Assembly: GCA_964348755.1 (NCBI GenBank)
Contig: CAYGDW010000004.1
Coordinates: 18,766 to 82,765, forward strand
Reading direction: 5' to 3'
Source: an uncultured Bacteroidales bacterium
GTDB taxonomy: Bacteria > Bacteroidota > Bacteroidia > Bacteroidales > UBA7960
DNA: 64,000 nt
Shown here: piece after piece, positions 19,761 through 30,222 of the stretch
Layout of the letters: every line of letters begins with the position of its first letter
Numbering within the stretch: the first letter of the stretch is position 1
The notes under the pieces: generated by a model
What the model was told of the DNA's origin: nothing
The model's database searches: none
Seen by the model: the letters and a program-made list of their open reading frames with translations, nothing else
Translations under genes and position numbers: made by a program

Positions 19761-21959
19761 ATGGAAGTAAATTCTGAAGTATCGCTTAAAGATCTGCTCA
19801 AAGATATCTTCGGATATGACACCTTTAAGGGTGAACAGGAGCAGATTATCAGCCACTTGCTTGCAGGAGGCGATGCGTTTGTAATAATGCCCACCGGAGG
19901 TGGCAAGTCAATGTGCTACCAATTGCCTGCACTTATCAGCAAGGGCACAGCCATAGTGGTTTCACCCCTTATTGCCCTTATGAAAAACCAGGTTGACGCC
20001 ATTCGCAATTTTGCCTCATACAATGGTATTGCTCATGTACTCAATTCTTCGCTCACCAAGGGCGAAATAATACAGGTAAAAAAAGACCTGAGGGATGGTC
20101 TCACCAAGTTGCTGTATGTGGCCCCTGAGTCGCTAACCAAGGAAGAAAACGTAGAGTTTTTAAAAGATATTGATATTTCGTTTTTTGCCGTTGATGAGGC
20201 CCATTGCATATCGGAGTGGGGGCACGATTTCAGGCCTGAGTACAGGCGGTTGCGGCCCATTATTCAGACCCTTGAAAAAAGGGTCCCGGTTATAGCCCTC
20301 ACTGCCACAGCAACCCCAAAGGTGCAGCAAGATATTCAGAAAAACCTGAATATGGCCAATGCCAGGGTTTTTAAGTCGTCGTTTAATCGGCCCAATCTTT
20401 ATTATGAAATCAGGCCCAAAACCGAAAATTCTATAAAAGATATCATCAGGTATATTAAGGCCCAGGAAGGCAAATCGGGCATAATATACTGCCTTAGCAG
20501 AAAAAAGGTTGAAGAGCTGGCCGAAACTTTAAAAGTAAACGGCATAAGGGCTTTGCCATATCATGCCGGCCTTGACACCCCTGTGCGTGTAAACAACCAG
20601 GATCGGTTTCTAATGGAAGATGCCGATGTAATTGTGGCCACAATAGCTTTCGGCATGGGAATTGATAAGCCTGATGTTCGCTATGTGATTCATTACGACA
20701 TACCCAAAAGCCTTGAAGCCTATTATCAGGAAACCGGGAGGTCGGGCCGCGACGAGGGTGAAGGAAACTGTATTGCATTTTATGCGTACGAGGATATTCA
20801 GAAAATGGAAAAATTTCTGAAGGGCAAACCCGTTGCAGAGCAGGAGATAGGTCAGCAATTATTAATGGAAACGGTAGCTTTTGCCGAATCGTCAATTTGC
20901 CGCCGAAAAACCCTTTTGAACTATTTTGGCGAAGTGTATCGTGGAGAAAATTGCGGATCGTGCGATAATTGTTTAAATCCTAAAGAAAAGTTTGAAGGAA
21001 AAGAATATATTTGCCTGCTGATTGAAGCTGTTTTGGCCACAAAGCAATTATTTAAACCTAAACATATAATTAATGTCCTTATGGGAAAAATGAGCGCAAC
21101 CATAAAAAACTGCAAACACCACCAACTCGAGGTGTTTGGCAAAGGCGCCGACAATGACGAAAAATTCTGGAACGCCGTGTTGCGGCAAAGCCTTGTTGAG
21201 CGTTTGCTCGAAAAGGAAATTGAAGATTATGGCACCCTGAAAGTAACCAAAGCAGGTAAAGAGTTTCTTGATAACCCCCGCCCGGTTAAAATGAGCAAAG
21301 ACCACGACTACGACAATCCTGCCGAAGCAGCCGGCCTTACTGGCATTGGCCAGAAAACCAGCGCAACCGACAAGGTTCTGTTTGCTTTGCTCAAAGACCT
21401 TCGCAAAGAAATTGCCCGCAAAAACAATTTGCCGCCTTTCGTAATCTTTCAGGACCCTTCGCTCGAAGATATGGCAATACAATATCCGGTAAAACTCGAT
21501 GAACTCAAACAAATTACAGGGGTAGGATCCGGAAAGGCAGAGCGCTTTGGAAGACCCTTTGTTGAGCTGATTACACGCTATGTGGAAGAAAACGAAATCG
21601 AACGCCCAATGGATATGGTGGTCAAGTCGGTAGTAAACAAGTCGGGCCTTAAGGTCTATATTATTCAAAACATTGACCGTAAGGTATCTTTAGAAGATAT
21701 TTCATTGACCAAAGGGATTGAATTTGATGAGCTGCTTCTTGAAATTGAAAGCATTGTAGCTTCAGGAACCAAAATTGACATTCGATACTATATAAACCAG
21801 GTTATCGAAATTGACAAGCAGGAAGAAATCTTCGACTATTTCAAGACTGCCGAAACCGATTCGTACGAAACCGCATTGCGCGAGCTTGGAGAAGACGACT
21901 TTACTCAAGAAGAGGTACGTCTTATGCGAATAAGGTTTATGTCGGAAATGGGCAATTGA
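19761..21959 (+). CDS. recQ: ATP-dependent DNA helicase RecQ
   Basis: 732 aa. Motifs include PTGGGKS and DEAHCISEWGHDFRPEY, a zinc-binding C4 cluster (CRRK...CGSCDNC) and a C-terminal HRDC-like region. The gene ends in TGA. Confidence 0.95.
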   Translation: MEVNSEVSLKDLLKDIFGYDTFKGEQEQIISHLLAGGDAFVIMPTGGGKSMCYQLPALISKGTAIVVSPLIALMKNQVDAIRNFASYNGIAHVLNSSLTKGEIIQVKKDLRDGLTKLLYVAPESLTKEENVEFLKDIDISFFAVDEAHCISEWGHDFRPEYRRLRPIIQTLEKRVPVIALTATATPKVQQDIQKNLNMANARVFKSSFNRPNLYYEIRPKTENSIKDIIRYIKAQEGKSGIIYCLSRKKVEELAETLKVNGIRALPYHAGLDTPVRVNNQDRFLMEDADVIVATIAFGMGIDKPDVRYVIHYDIPKSLEAYYQETGRSGRDEGEGNCIAFYAYEDIQKMEKFLKGKPVAEQEIGQQLLMETVAFAESSICRRKTLLNYFGEVYRGENCGSCDNCLNPKEKFEGKEYICLLIEAVLATKQLFKPKHIINVLMGKMSATIKNCKHHQLEVFGKGADNDEKFWNAVLRQSLVERLLEKEIEDYGTLKVTKAGKEFLDNPRPVKMSKDHDYDNPAEAAGLTGIGQKTSATDKVLFALLKDLRKEIARKNNLPPFVIFQDPSLEDMAIQYPVKLDELKQITGVGSGKAERFGRPFVELITRYVEENEIERPMDMVVKSVVNKSGLKVYIIQNIDRKVSLEDISLTKGIEFDELLLEIESIVASGTKIDIRYYINQVIEIDKQEEIFDYFKTAETDSYETALRELGEDDFTQEEVRLMRIRFMSEMGN

Positions 21960-21989
21960 TTTTATTTGAATTTACCTAACAAATAATCC

Positions 21990-22021
21990 GGCCTGTGAGG
22001 AAGCCTCAAGCAGGCCTTTTT
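21990..22021 (+). terminator. rho-independent terminator after recQ
   Basis: The sequence is GGCCTG-TGAGG-AAG-CCTCA-(AG)-CAGGCC followed by TTTTT. This gives 11 paired bases with a 2-nt bulge. Confidence 0.7.
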
Positions 22022-22034
22022 AATTAAAAAACCA

Positions 22035-22718
22035 ATGATCAACCAAACCCAAGACCAAATGCAGTTTGAAGCTGCACCAGCTCAACAAAAAACTGCCAAA
22101 CCAAAAATTAACCTTCAATGGGTGCTGAATATTGTGCTTTTAGGCGGCCTCCTTGTTTTGTTTGCATTGCATTTTTTTGGCAACAGGCAAACCAAAGACA
22201 AAGCACAAGGAGATCAAATTACCGAATTGGCTGAAAAAATTTCGGAAGGGAAGGCCAGTATTGCCTATATCAATTCTGCCAAACTTATGGAGGAGTATGA
22301 ACTGGCAAAAAAATTGCGCCAGGATTTTGAGGCCGAGCAAACCCGGCTCGACAACGACCTTTCGCGCCGCCAAAGGAGTTTTCAGGCTGAAGTAGAAAAA
22401 TTTCAACGCGATGTTCAGGCTGGCAGTATTGGTATGGAGCGTGCACAGGCCCTTGAACAGGAACTTATGGCCAAACAACAGGAGCTAATTCAGCTAAACG
22501 AGCAATTTACCAACAGACTTATGCAAAAAGAGGTTGATATGAATAATGAGCTTCTTGAGAAAATATCAGAGTTCCTTAGCCGTTACAACCAGGCGTACAA
22601 CTATGACTTCATTCTAGGTTATACTCGCGGGGGTGGCATTTTATATGCCAGCCAACAGCATGACATTACGGCCGTTGTGCTGCAGAAACTGAACGCCGAA
22701 TATTTGTTGAATCAATAA
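22035..22718 (+). CDS. OmpH/Skp-family periplasmic chaperone
   Basis: 227 aa with an N-terminal hydrophobic anchor. A long coiled-coil region (AYINSAKLMEEYELAKKLRQDFEAEQ...) is typical of OmpH. Confidence 0.7.
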   Translation: MINQTQDQMQFEAAPAQQKTAKPKINLQWVLNIVLLGGLLVLFALHFFGNRQTKDKAQGDQITELAEKISEGKASIAYINSAKLMEEYELAKKLRQDFEAEQTRLDNDLSRRQRSFQAEVEKFQRDVQAGSIGMERAQALEQELMAKQQELIQLNEQFTNRLMQKEVDMNNELLEKISEFLSRYNQAYNYDFILGYTRGGGILYASQQHDITAVVLQKLNAEYLLNQ

Positions 22719-22731
22719 ATTAACTTGTTTT

Positions 22732-23721
22732 ATGAGAAAACTCCTTGCCATCATTTTTGCTTTGGTATTTATGGGAAGCAGTTTTGCCTTTTCCCAGGGT
22801 AATTACACTATTGTGGTTCACGGTGGTTCGGGCAATATTTTGCGCGAAAATATAAGCCCGGAGCGCGAAGCAGAGTTTGTTGGCAAGCTAAATGAGGCCT
22901 TGTATGCGGGCCACGCCATACTCAGGGCCGGAGGCAGTGCCCTTGATGCCGTAGTTGCGGCAGTAATGATATTGGAGGATTCACCATTGTTCAATGCAGG
23001 TAAAGGAGCGGTTTTCAACTTTGAGGGCCGCAACGAACTTGATGCCTCCATTATGGATGGCAAAAGCCTTAATGCTGGTGCTGTTGCCGGAGTTACAAAC
23101 ATTAAAAACCCTATAACCGCCGCACGTAAAGTTATGGAAAACTCTCCACACGTAATGCTTACGGGCAGGGGAGCCGAGCAGTTTGCATTTGAACAGGGCC
23201 TTGAAATTGTTGATCCGATTTATTTCTTCGACCAGAGGCGTTGGGATCAGTACCGCGATTTTTTGAGGGGCAACGCCCAAATGCGAGGGCAAACCAACCC
23301 CGAAATAAAAATGGGAACCGTAGGTGCAGTAGCTTTAGACCAGAAAGGAAACCTTGCTGCAGCCACCTCAACAGGCGGAATGACCGGAAAAAGGTTTGGA
23401 CGAATTGGAGACAGCCCCATAATTGGTGCTGGAAACTATGCCAATAACCAAACGTGTGCCGTGTCAGCAACCGGACATGGCGAATATTTTATTCGCAATG
23501 TGGTGGCCCATGATATATCTGCACAAATGTTATACAAAGGTGTTTCACTTGAAGAAGCCGCAAATAACAATGTAATGGAAAAGCTTAAGGTTCAGGGAGG
23601 GTTTGGTGGCGTTATAGCGGTTGACCGCCAAGGTAATGTGGCCATGCCATTTAATACCTCAGCCATGTTTAGGGGATACCTGAAATCGACTGGCGAAACA
23701 GAAGTGAAAATATTCAGATAG
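22732..23721 (+). CDS. isoaspartyl peptidase / L-asparaginase (Ntn-hydrolase, asparaginase 2 family)
   Basis: 329 aa with a signal peptide. GTVGAVALDQKGNLAAATSTGGMTGKRFGRIGDSPIIGAG contains the autoprocessing Thr motif. Confidence 0.9.
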   Translation: MRKLLAIIFALVFMGSSFAFSQGNYTIVVHGGSGNILRENISPEREAEFVGKLNEALYAGHAILRAGGSALDAVVAAVMILEDSPLFNAGKGAVFNFEGRNELDASIMDGKSLNAGAVAGVTNIKNPITAARKVMENSPHVMLTGRGAEQFAFEQGLEIVDPIYFFDQRRWDQYRDFLRGNAQMRGQTNPEIKMGTVGAVALDQKGNLAAATSTGGMTGKRFGRIGDSPIIGAGNYANNQTCAVSATGHGEYFIRNVVAHDISAQMLYKGVSLEEAANNNVMEKLKVQGGFGGVIAVDRQGNVAMPFNTSAMFRGYLKSTGETEVKIFR

Positions 23722-23722
23722 C

Positions 23723-24226
23723 TTACTGGTTGTGGTACTTAAGCACCTGATCAGTAAAATACGAAAGTTCCACGCCGGCCTCAGCAAACATTTGTTCTGA
23801 TTCCTGGCCGGCGTGGTATTTTTTTTCGCATACCACACGCTTTATTCCACAGTTTATAATTAGCATGGCACACACCCGGCAGGGTGTCATGCGGCAATAA
23901 AGGGTTGCACCTTCTATGCTTATGCCAAGTCGGGCAGCCTGACAAATGGCGTTTTGCTCGGCATGCACCGTGCGCACACAATGCATGGTGGTTTGTCCAT
24001 CCTCATGCATTACCTTTTTCATTTGATGCCCCACATCATCGCAGTGTGGTAGCCCTATGGGCGATCCGACATAGCCCGTAACCAGTATCTGTTTGTCGCG
24101 GGCAATCACACTACCGCTGCGGCCACGGTCGCATGTGGCCCGCTTACTTACTGTATGGGCAATTTCCATAAAATATTCATCCCAGCTTGGGCGGCTGTAT
24201 GGCCGGTTTACTGTTACCTCTGACAT
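23723..24226 (-). CDS. deoxycytidylate (dCMP) deaminase
   Basis: 167 aa. The zinc motifs are HAEQNAI and TPCRVCAMLI (CMP/dCMP deaminase PCxxC). Confidence 0.85.
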   Translation of the reverse strand: MSEVTVNRPYSRPSWDEYFMEIAHTVSKRATCDRGRSGSVIARDKQILVTGYVGSPIGLPHCDDVGHQMKKVMHEDGQTTMHCVRTVHAEQNAICQAARLGISIEGATLYCRMTPCRVCAMLIINCGIKRVVCEKKYHAGQESEQMFAEAGVELSYFTDQVLKYHNQ

Positions 24227-24238
24227 TCTTTTGCTGTT

Positions 24239-24808
24239 TTAGCGGTTTTGTACAAACTCCAGAAAAGCTTCGGTTTCTTGGTTTAATTGTTCGGGGTTGC
24301 CATTGTTGTTTATTACATAATCGGCCTGCCTTATACATTCGGCCAGATTTTGTTTGTTCGAATCATCAGAATTCATTTCGCGTTGCTCGTTGCTCAAAAA
24401 GGTGTCGAAAGATACATTGTCGGTTTCAGAATTTCTTTTCCTTATGCGTAGGTAGCGAATTTGAGGGTCGGCATCAACGGCCAGCAAAAAAAATCCGGGG
24501 AAACTTCTTAGGGAAGCAATTTCGCCGGGGGTTCTGATGCTCTCAATAATACAGTTCTGATTTAGGGTGGCGGCCTCCTTGTACAGCTGCTCAATTATGT
24601 ATGAGGGGCTGTTTTGTGCCCGAAGTTCATTGGCAAGCGCCGTAAGGGTGTCGCGGTTTACGGGCAGGCCGCGCGCATTAAGCTCGCGCGCAATAAAAGC
24701 CCGCACCGAAAAGTGAGCAAACCCTTTGTTCTGTGTAAGGTAATCGACCACAGTGCCCTTTCCTGCACCCAATGTGCCTGTTATTCCAATTATTATCTTG
24801 TCTTTCAT
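24239..24808 (-). CDS. P-loop nucleotide kinase-like protein (dephospho-CoA kinase / dNMP kinase-like)
   Basis: 189 aa. The P-loop GITGTLGAGKGTV lies at the N-terminus. Size and layout match small nucleotide kinases, but specificity is not assignable. Confidence 0.55.
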   Translation of the reverse strand: MKDKIIIGITGTLGAGKGTVVDYLTQNKGFAHFSVRAFIARELNARGLPVNRDTLTALANELRAQNSPSYIIEQLYKEAATLNQNCIIESIRTPGEIASLRSFPGFFLLAVDADPQIRYLRIRKRNSETDNVSFDTFLSNEQREMNSDDSNKQNLAECIRQADYVINNNGNPEQLNQETEAFLEFVQNR

Positions 24809-24964
24809 TAACCAAAAATACTTATTTTAACACCATTGTCCGATTGAAACGTACATGTTTGCGAATTAAACACAAACACCTTTGAACCGAAAGTCAGCGA
24901 AACTAACCGAAGTTCAGCGAAGCTAAAATAGCAAACATGGAGTTCCATCCGACCTTAATTTAAA

Positions 24965-25168
24965 AATTATTTACGGATGAAAATGACGGGATTTCTCGCT
25001 CCGCCCCAAATAACGAGGTTTTCAGCGGTTTTGGGGAAGATCGGTGGTTGGAGGCGGCCAAGCCGCCGCCAACCACCGATCAAAAAACTTACTGTCTGTC
25101 ATTCCGAATGCAGTGAAGAACCTCAACCACGTAATTCTTCCGGTATTTGATTTTGTCGGGAAATAATG
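24965..25168 (-). repeat. degenerate copy 2 of the MITE-like palindromic element
   Basis: It has the same order of parts as copy 4: AAAATGACGGGATTTCTCGCTCCGCC, then the hairpin at 25039-25081, then CTGTCATTCCGAATGCAGTGAAGAACCTC, then TTTTGTCGGGAAATAATG. The termini have diverged and I could not define a clean flanking duplication. Confidence 0.65.
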
Positions 25169-25239
25169 TTATTTTAATAAAACCATCAGGTATAAAGGCA
25201 AGGTGGGCTAAAGAGTCCGGAAAAGCCCAGGAGATTCAA

Positions 25240-25902
25240 TTAACGAGAACCGAAAATAGCACTCCCAATACGTACAATGGTACTTCCCTCCTTTATGGCA
25301 ACTATGTAATCGTCAGACATGCCCATCGATATTTCTGAAAACTCAGGCTGTTGGGCAAAATATTTCTTTTTCAGCAACTCAAATATGTTTTTAAGATTTT
25401 TAAATTCCTGCCGTATCTGTTCAAAATTTTCTGTAAAAGTAGCCATACCCATTACTCCCCTTATCTCCACATTTTTAAGCGTTGCAAATTCTTCTGAGCT
25501 TAGTAATTCGGCTGCTTCCTCAAGGTATAGCCCATATTTTGTTTCTTCCTGGGCAATGTAAATTTGAATAAGGCAGGGAATAATGCGCTGGTTTTTTACA
25601 GCCTCCTTATTAATGGTTTTAAGTAGTTTAATGCTGTCAACGGATTGAATTAGAGCTACAAAAGGTGCAATATACTTCACTTTGTTGGTTTGCAAATGAC
25701 CTATCATGTGCCATTCAATATCTTTGGGAAGAGTTTCCTGTTTTTCAACAAGTTCCTGCACCTTGTTTTCTCCGAAAAATCGCTGACCGGCATTGTAAAT
25801 TTCCAAAATTTCTTCGGGGGTTTTGGTTTTGCTTACAACCACCAGTTTTACAGCTTTGGGCAGTTTGCTTATAAACTCTTTGTAATTTTGGGCCGCTGGC
25901 AT
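25240..25902 (-). CDS. yggS: YggS-family pyridoxal-phosphate homeostasis protein
   Basis: 220 aa. VVSKTKTPEEILEIYNAGQRFFGENKVQE...HMIGHLQTNKVK is the YggS/PROSC signature. Confidence 0.85.
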   Translation of the reverse strand: MPAAQNYKEFISKLPKAVKLVVVSKTKTPEEILEIYNAGQRFFGENKVQELVEKQETLPKDIEWHMIGHLQTNKVKYIAPFVALIQSVDSIKLLKTINKEAVKNQRIIPCLIQIYIAQEETKYGLYLEEAAELLSSEEFATLKNVEIRGVMGMATFTENFEQIRQEFKNLKNIFELLKKKYFAQQPEFSEISMGMSDDYIVAIKEGSTIVRIGSAIFGSR

Positions 25903-26006
25903 TGTTTTTGTCTTTAGGATCAGTGCAAAATTACTAAATGCATGGAATTGTTTGATATTATGAATAAATGGGTTATAAGTAATCTTTCAGTTAATTATCT
26001 TTGTGC

Positions 26007-27536
26007 ATGCAAGAAAAAATACTTATCCTAGATTTTGGTTCGCAGTACACCCAGCTGATAGCCAGGCGTGTAAGGGAACTTAACGTTTATTGCGAGATTC
26101 ATCCTTACCACCATATACCCGATGATCTTTTGTTTGTGAAAGGTGTGATCTTATCGGGCAGTCCATACAGTGTTCGCGATGCCGGCGCACCCCGCATCGA
26201 CCTGTTGAAATTTGATGGCAAGGTGCCATTGCTGGGCGTATGCTATGGTGCACAACTGCTTGCTCAGGAAAATGGGGGAGAAGTGCAGGCATCTTCAATA
26301 CGTGAATACGGGAGGGCCAACCTCTCGTTTGTTGAACAAACCGAACCTTTGTTGCACAGCATCGAAATGCAATCGCAGGTGTGGATGTCGCATGCCGACA
26401 CCATTACACGCCTTCCTCAAAATTTCAGGGTCGTTGCCCGCACCAACGATGTGGGCATTGCTGCATGGCGCGCCTCCGACCGCCCTACTTTCGGCCTGCA
26501 GTTTCACCCCGAAGTATATCACTCTACCCAAGGCCAGGAGTTGTTGTATAACTTTATTGTTGAAATCTGCGGCTGTAAGCAGCAATGGACACCCGAGTCG
26601 TTTATTCAAAGCACGGTTCATGCACTAAAAGAAAAGATAGGCACCGACAAAGTTGTGCTTGGCTTATCGGGAGGTGTCGATTCAAGTGTGGCAGGGGCGT
26701 TGCTCCATAAGGCAATAGGTGAGCAATTGTATTGTATTTTTGTTGACAACGGATTACTTCGCAAAAATGAGTTTGAGCAAGTGATTGAATCTTACCGCGA
26801 CATGGGCCTCAATGTAAAGGGGGTACGTGCAGCCGACCGGTTTCTTAATGCCCTTAAAGGAATTAATGATCCGGAGTTGAAACGCAAGACCATTGGCCGG
26901 GTATTTATCGAGGTGTTTGATGAAGAAGCTCATTCCATTAGTGAGGTAAGCTGGCTAGCCCAAGGAACTATTTACCCCGATGTTATTGAGTCTGTTTCGG
27001 TAAAAGGGCCCTCGGCCACTATTAAATCGCATCACAATGTTGGTGGGTTGCCCGACTTTATGAAACTAAAGGTGGTAGAACCCCTTAGTTCCCTTTTTAA
27101 GGATGAAGTTCGCAGGGTTGGTACCTCTCTGGGCATTTCGCCCTCTTTGTTGCAACGGCACCCGTTTCCCGGGCCCGGGTTGGGGGTGCGCATTCTGGGC
27201 GAGGTTACAGCCGACAAGCTGAGGGTGTTGCAGGAGGTAGATTTCATATTTATTAAGGCACTGCGCGATCATGGCCTTTACCATAAAGTATGGCAGGCAC
27301 TGGCTGTTTTGCTCCCAGTGCATTCTGTTGGGGTTATGGGCGACGAAAGAACTTATGAAAACGTGGTGGCCCTTAGGGCAGTAGAATCAACAGATGGTAT
27401 GACAGCCGATTGGGTGCACCTTCCTTCCGATTTTCTGGCAAAAGTCTCTAATGAGATCATTAACAAGGTAAAAGGGGTTAATAGGGTGGTTTATGACATT
27501 AGCTCCAAGCCGCCTGCTACTATCGAATGGGAGTAA
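26007..27536 (+). CDS. guaA: glutamine-hydrolysing GMP synthase
   Basis: The ATG at 26007 gives [24 protein letters not shown]. Also present are [10 protein letters not shown] (PP-loop) and the C-terminal ATIEWE. Confidence 0.95.
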   Translation: MQEKILILDFGSQYTQLIARRVRELNVYCEIHPYHHIPDDLLFVKGVILSGSPYSVRDAGAPRIDLLKFDGKVPLLGVCYGAQLLAQENGGEVQASSIREYGRANLSFVEQTEPLLHSIEMQSQVWMSHADTITRLPQNFRVVARTNDVGIAAWRASDRPTFGLQFHPEVYHSTQGQELLYNFIVEICGCKQQWTPESFIQSTVHALKEKIGTDKVVLGLSGGVDSSVAGALLHKAIGEQLYCIFVDNGLLRKNEFEQVIESYRDMGLNVKGVRAADRFLNALKGINDPELKRKTIGRVFIEVFDEEAHSISEVSWLAQGTIYPDVIESVSVKGPSATIKSHHNVGGLPDFMKLKVVEPLSSLFKDEVRRVGTSLGISPSLLQRHPFPGPGLGVRILGEVTADKLRVLQEVDFIFIKALRDHGLYHKVWQALAVLLPVHSVGVMGDERTYENVVALRAVESTDGMTADWVHLPSDFLAKVSNEIINKVKGVNRVVYDISSKPPATIEWE

Positions 27537-27588
27537 ACATTTTTTATAACGCTCTTTTGCAAAAATTTAGTAACATAAAATAAATATA

Positions 27589-29535
27589 GTGAACAGAACA
27601 GTATTTTTTCTGGCAACTCTCTGGCTTGTTTTGTTTTCATTCTGGGCATCAGCCCAGTTTGAACCAGCCCCTGTGGTCAAGTCTGAAGTAAGAGAAAACA
27701 TTAACGGACGTACATATTTTGTGCATACTGTAACACAGGGTCAGACTTTATACAGCATTGCCAGGGCTTATGAAGTAACCCCCAGCGAAATTGCCATAGC
27801 AAACCCTAAATACACAGATTTGCTTCAGGTGGTGCGTTTGGGCCAGGTGCTGCGGATTCCGGCAGCACAGCCTGCACGAGGCGAACGATCAGCACAGCAT
27901 GTAGCTAGCGGCACAGGTGGGCAAGAATCCAGGCAACCCAGGCAGGTAAACTCATACAATGTTGTTACTACAGAATTTTTTGAACACAAGGTTGCACGCC
28001 GCGAAACCCTTTTCGGAATTGCCCGAAAACATGGAGTTACCCAGGAGGACATTCTTCAACATAATCCTGAAGCCCGCAATGGATTGCGCTTCAAACAAAT
28101 CCTAAGAATTCCGGTTCGTAAAACAAAAACCGTTGAGTATTTTTATCATACTGTGGCCCCCGGCGAAACACAATTTGGCCTTGCAAACCGCTTCGGAATT
28201 ACCATTGAAGAGCTTTCCGAACTGAATCCTGAAACTATACAACTTGGCCTCCAGGCAGGCCAACGAATTAGGGTACCTGCAAGGAATGGACGCCTACCAA
28301 ACGGGCAAGTGCCGCCCGAAAGTCATGTTTATCATGCAGTGGAGCCTGCTGCCGGCACCGATCCGTATTGTTTAAACCCTCAGTTAAAACCGCAATACAA
28401 TGTGGCATTGCTTATTCCGCTTTTTCTCGATCAGTTTAGCAATGCTTCTATATCAATTAATGCCGAGCACCAATCATTTACTTTTCTTCCTTATTATCAG
28501 GGAGTACTCATTGCACTCGATTCAATAAGGCAAAAGGGAATAGATATTACCCTGCATGTATTCGATGTGGCCCGCGACCTTTCTGCAGCGCGGGGCATAA
28601 CCCAAAGAGCCGGTTTTGAAAACATGGACCTTATCATCGGGCCGTTTTATCCTGAAACCATTACGTTTGTAGCCGGGTTTGGAATGCGGCACGGCATTCC
28701 GGTGGTGTCGCCTTTGCTAGATGACCCTGCACTTCTGAAAGGTTTTTCAAATCTTTTTCAGGTAACACCCTCACTCGAAACCCAAATCGCCAATTTAGGC
28801 AAATACATTTCCAAGACTTTTTCTGGGCAAAATATTATCCTGGTACATAACAATCAACCTCAGGCTCAGGGTCTTATTAAAGGATTTAAGGAATCGATGG
28901 GCGAAAGAAACTTACTTGCAGTCAACCAGGGCGAAATCCCTAACCAGGAAGAACATTTACGAAACAGGAATGCTTTGCAGGTAAAGGAGGTAGTTTTCAG
29001 AACCAGCGGAATGAGCGGATTGGCAAATTACTTTGACCGGTCAAAGGAAAATGTGCTGGTAACCCTAATTGATGGGGAGGCTTTTCTTTCAAACTATTTG
29101 CGCGAACTAAACCAGCTTTCGCCTCAATTCAACATAACTGTTTTTGGTATTCCGCAATGGAGCGATTATCAAACCATTGACCCCCGTTATCTTGAAACCC
29201 TCAAAGTGCATATTTTCACACCTGAATTTATTGATTACAGTGAGCCTCACATTAGGGATTTTGTTTACCGGTATCGCGAGGTTTTCAAAACAGAGCCTTC
29301 AGATTATGCCTTTTTGGGGGTGCAAACCGGCTACTTCTTTTTCAATGCAATTGGAAAGTACGGGAAGGAGTTTTCCCGATGTATAAACAAAATAAATGTG
29401 TCAGACTTTACCATTCCGTTTGGCTTTGAGAGGTTGAAAACTAAAGATGATGGATGGGAAAACACAAGCTTTAACCTATTCCGCTACCAGGGCTTCCGAA
29501 AAGTAAATGTATTTCGTCAGGTAATAAGTAATTAA
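27589..29535 (+). CDS. secreted protein with three LysM domains and a C-terminal periplasmic-binding-protein-like domain
   Basis: GTG start followed by a signal peptide. Three LysM units are present (YFVHTVTQGQTLYSIARAY..., HKVARRETLFGIARKH..., HTVAPGETQFGLANRF...). The C-terminal ~380 aa resembles type-1 PBPs. Confidence 0.75.
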   Translation: MNRTVFFLATLWLVLFSFWASAQFEPAPVVKSEVRENINGRTYFVHTVTQGQTLYSIARAYEVTPSEIAIANPKYTDLLQVVRLGQVLRIPAAQPARGERSAQHVASGTGGQESRQPRQVNSYNVVTTEFFEHKVARRETLFGIARKHGVTQEDILQHNPEARNGLRFKQILRIPVRKTKTVEYFYHTVAPGETQFGLANRFGITIEELSELNPETIQLGLQAGQRIRVPARNGRLPNGQVPPESHVYHAVEPAAGTDPYCLNPQLKPQYNVALLIPLFLDQFSNASISINAEHQSFTFLPYYQGVLIALDSIRQKGIDITLHVFDVARDLSAARGITQRAGFENMDLIIGPFYPETITFVAGFGMRHGIPVVSPLLDDPALLKGFSNLFQVTPSLETQIANLGKYISKTFSGQNIILVHNNQPQAQGLIKGFKESMGERNLLAVNQGEIPNQEEHLRNRNALQVKEVVFRTSGMSGLANYFDRSKENVLVTLIDGEAFLSNYLRELNQLSPQFNITVFGIPQWSDYQTIDPRYLETLKVHIFTPEFIDYSEPHIRDFVYRYREVFKTEPSDYAFLGVQTGYFFFNAIGKYGKEFSRCINKINVSDFTIPFGFERLKTKDDGWENTSFNLFRYQGFRKVNVFRQVISN

Positions 29536-29541
29536 TTTGCC

Positions 29542-30201
29542 CTAACGCAGATCAACCACTTCTATGCCCGGAAAATTAGCTGCACTGAAAGTGAATTGCC
29601 CGGCCGCAATTGTAGGATTTGTTTCAATCCTATCCATTGTATAAGTGTATGTGCTGCCTTCGCGGTCATGGGCAATGGTATAAACCAGCATTTTGGTAGA
29701 GGCGTCCAATGCCACGCGGTATTTGTAAAACAACTGTGGTGCCCGCGGCACCAGGTCAATAATTTCAACTCTTCTTCCCATGTGAGTTTCCTGCCTAATA
29801 TGCTTTGCACGAAACTGGCCCTCAAAATCATTTAATATTGAAGTTGGCGTAATGCCGCCTTCGCTGTTTGCAAGGGTATTGATATATACCTCGTTCATGT
29901 CTTTAAGGTAGGTCCAGGTATTGGTGCCGTCGGAAATAAACAAATTTCCCGATAGGCTCATGTGGTACCGGTCGCCTTGCGAAATCAACTCCCCTTTCAT
30001 CGATTCCTTTGTGTTTTTGCTGGTGTTCTCCATGTCGTAGGAAAAGAAAATCTTTAAGGCCCTGAAGGATTTGATGTGCTGGCTGGCCTCCATCATTAAC
30101 TGATTGCCTTTTGCCTCAGCCGCACGCTCCTGTTGGTTCTGGGCACTTGCAAACGAAAATAGAAAAAGCGAGGTAATTGCTATAATTAAATTTTTGTTCA
30201 T
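29542..30201 (-). CDS. LolA-like outer-membrane lipoprotein carrier protein
   Basis: 219 aa with a signal peptide. Its size and its position directly downstream of ftsK match the conserved Bacteroidota ftsK-lolA pair as I recall it. Confidence 0.6.
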   Translation of the reverse strand: MNKNLIIAITSLFLFSFASAQNQQERAAEAKGNQLMMEASQHIKSFRALKIFFSYDMENTSKNTKESMKGELISQGDRYHMSLSGNLFISDGTNTWTYLKDMNEVYINTLANSEGGITPTSILNDFEGQFRAKHIRQETHMGRRVEIIDLVPRAPQLFYKYRVALDASTKMLVYTIAHDREGSTYTYTMDRIETNPTIAAGQFTFSAANFPGIEVVDLR

Positions 30202-30222
30202 ATCAGTATGTTTTCAAATTTA

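Noticed and set aside
25996-26003. TATCTTTG, which matches the Bacteroidota -7 promoter consensus TAnnTTTG, just upstream of guaA
   Set aside because: It ends only 3 nt before the guaA ATG (26007), which is too close to serve as that gene's promoter unless the annotated start is wrong. A single motif match is not enough evidence.
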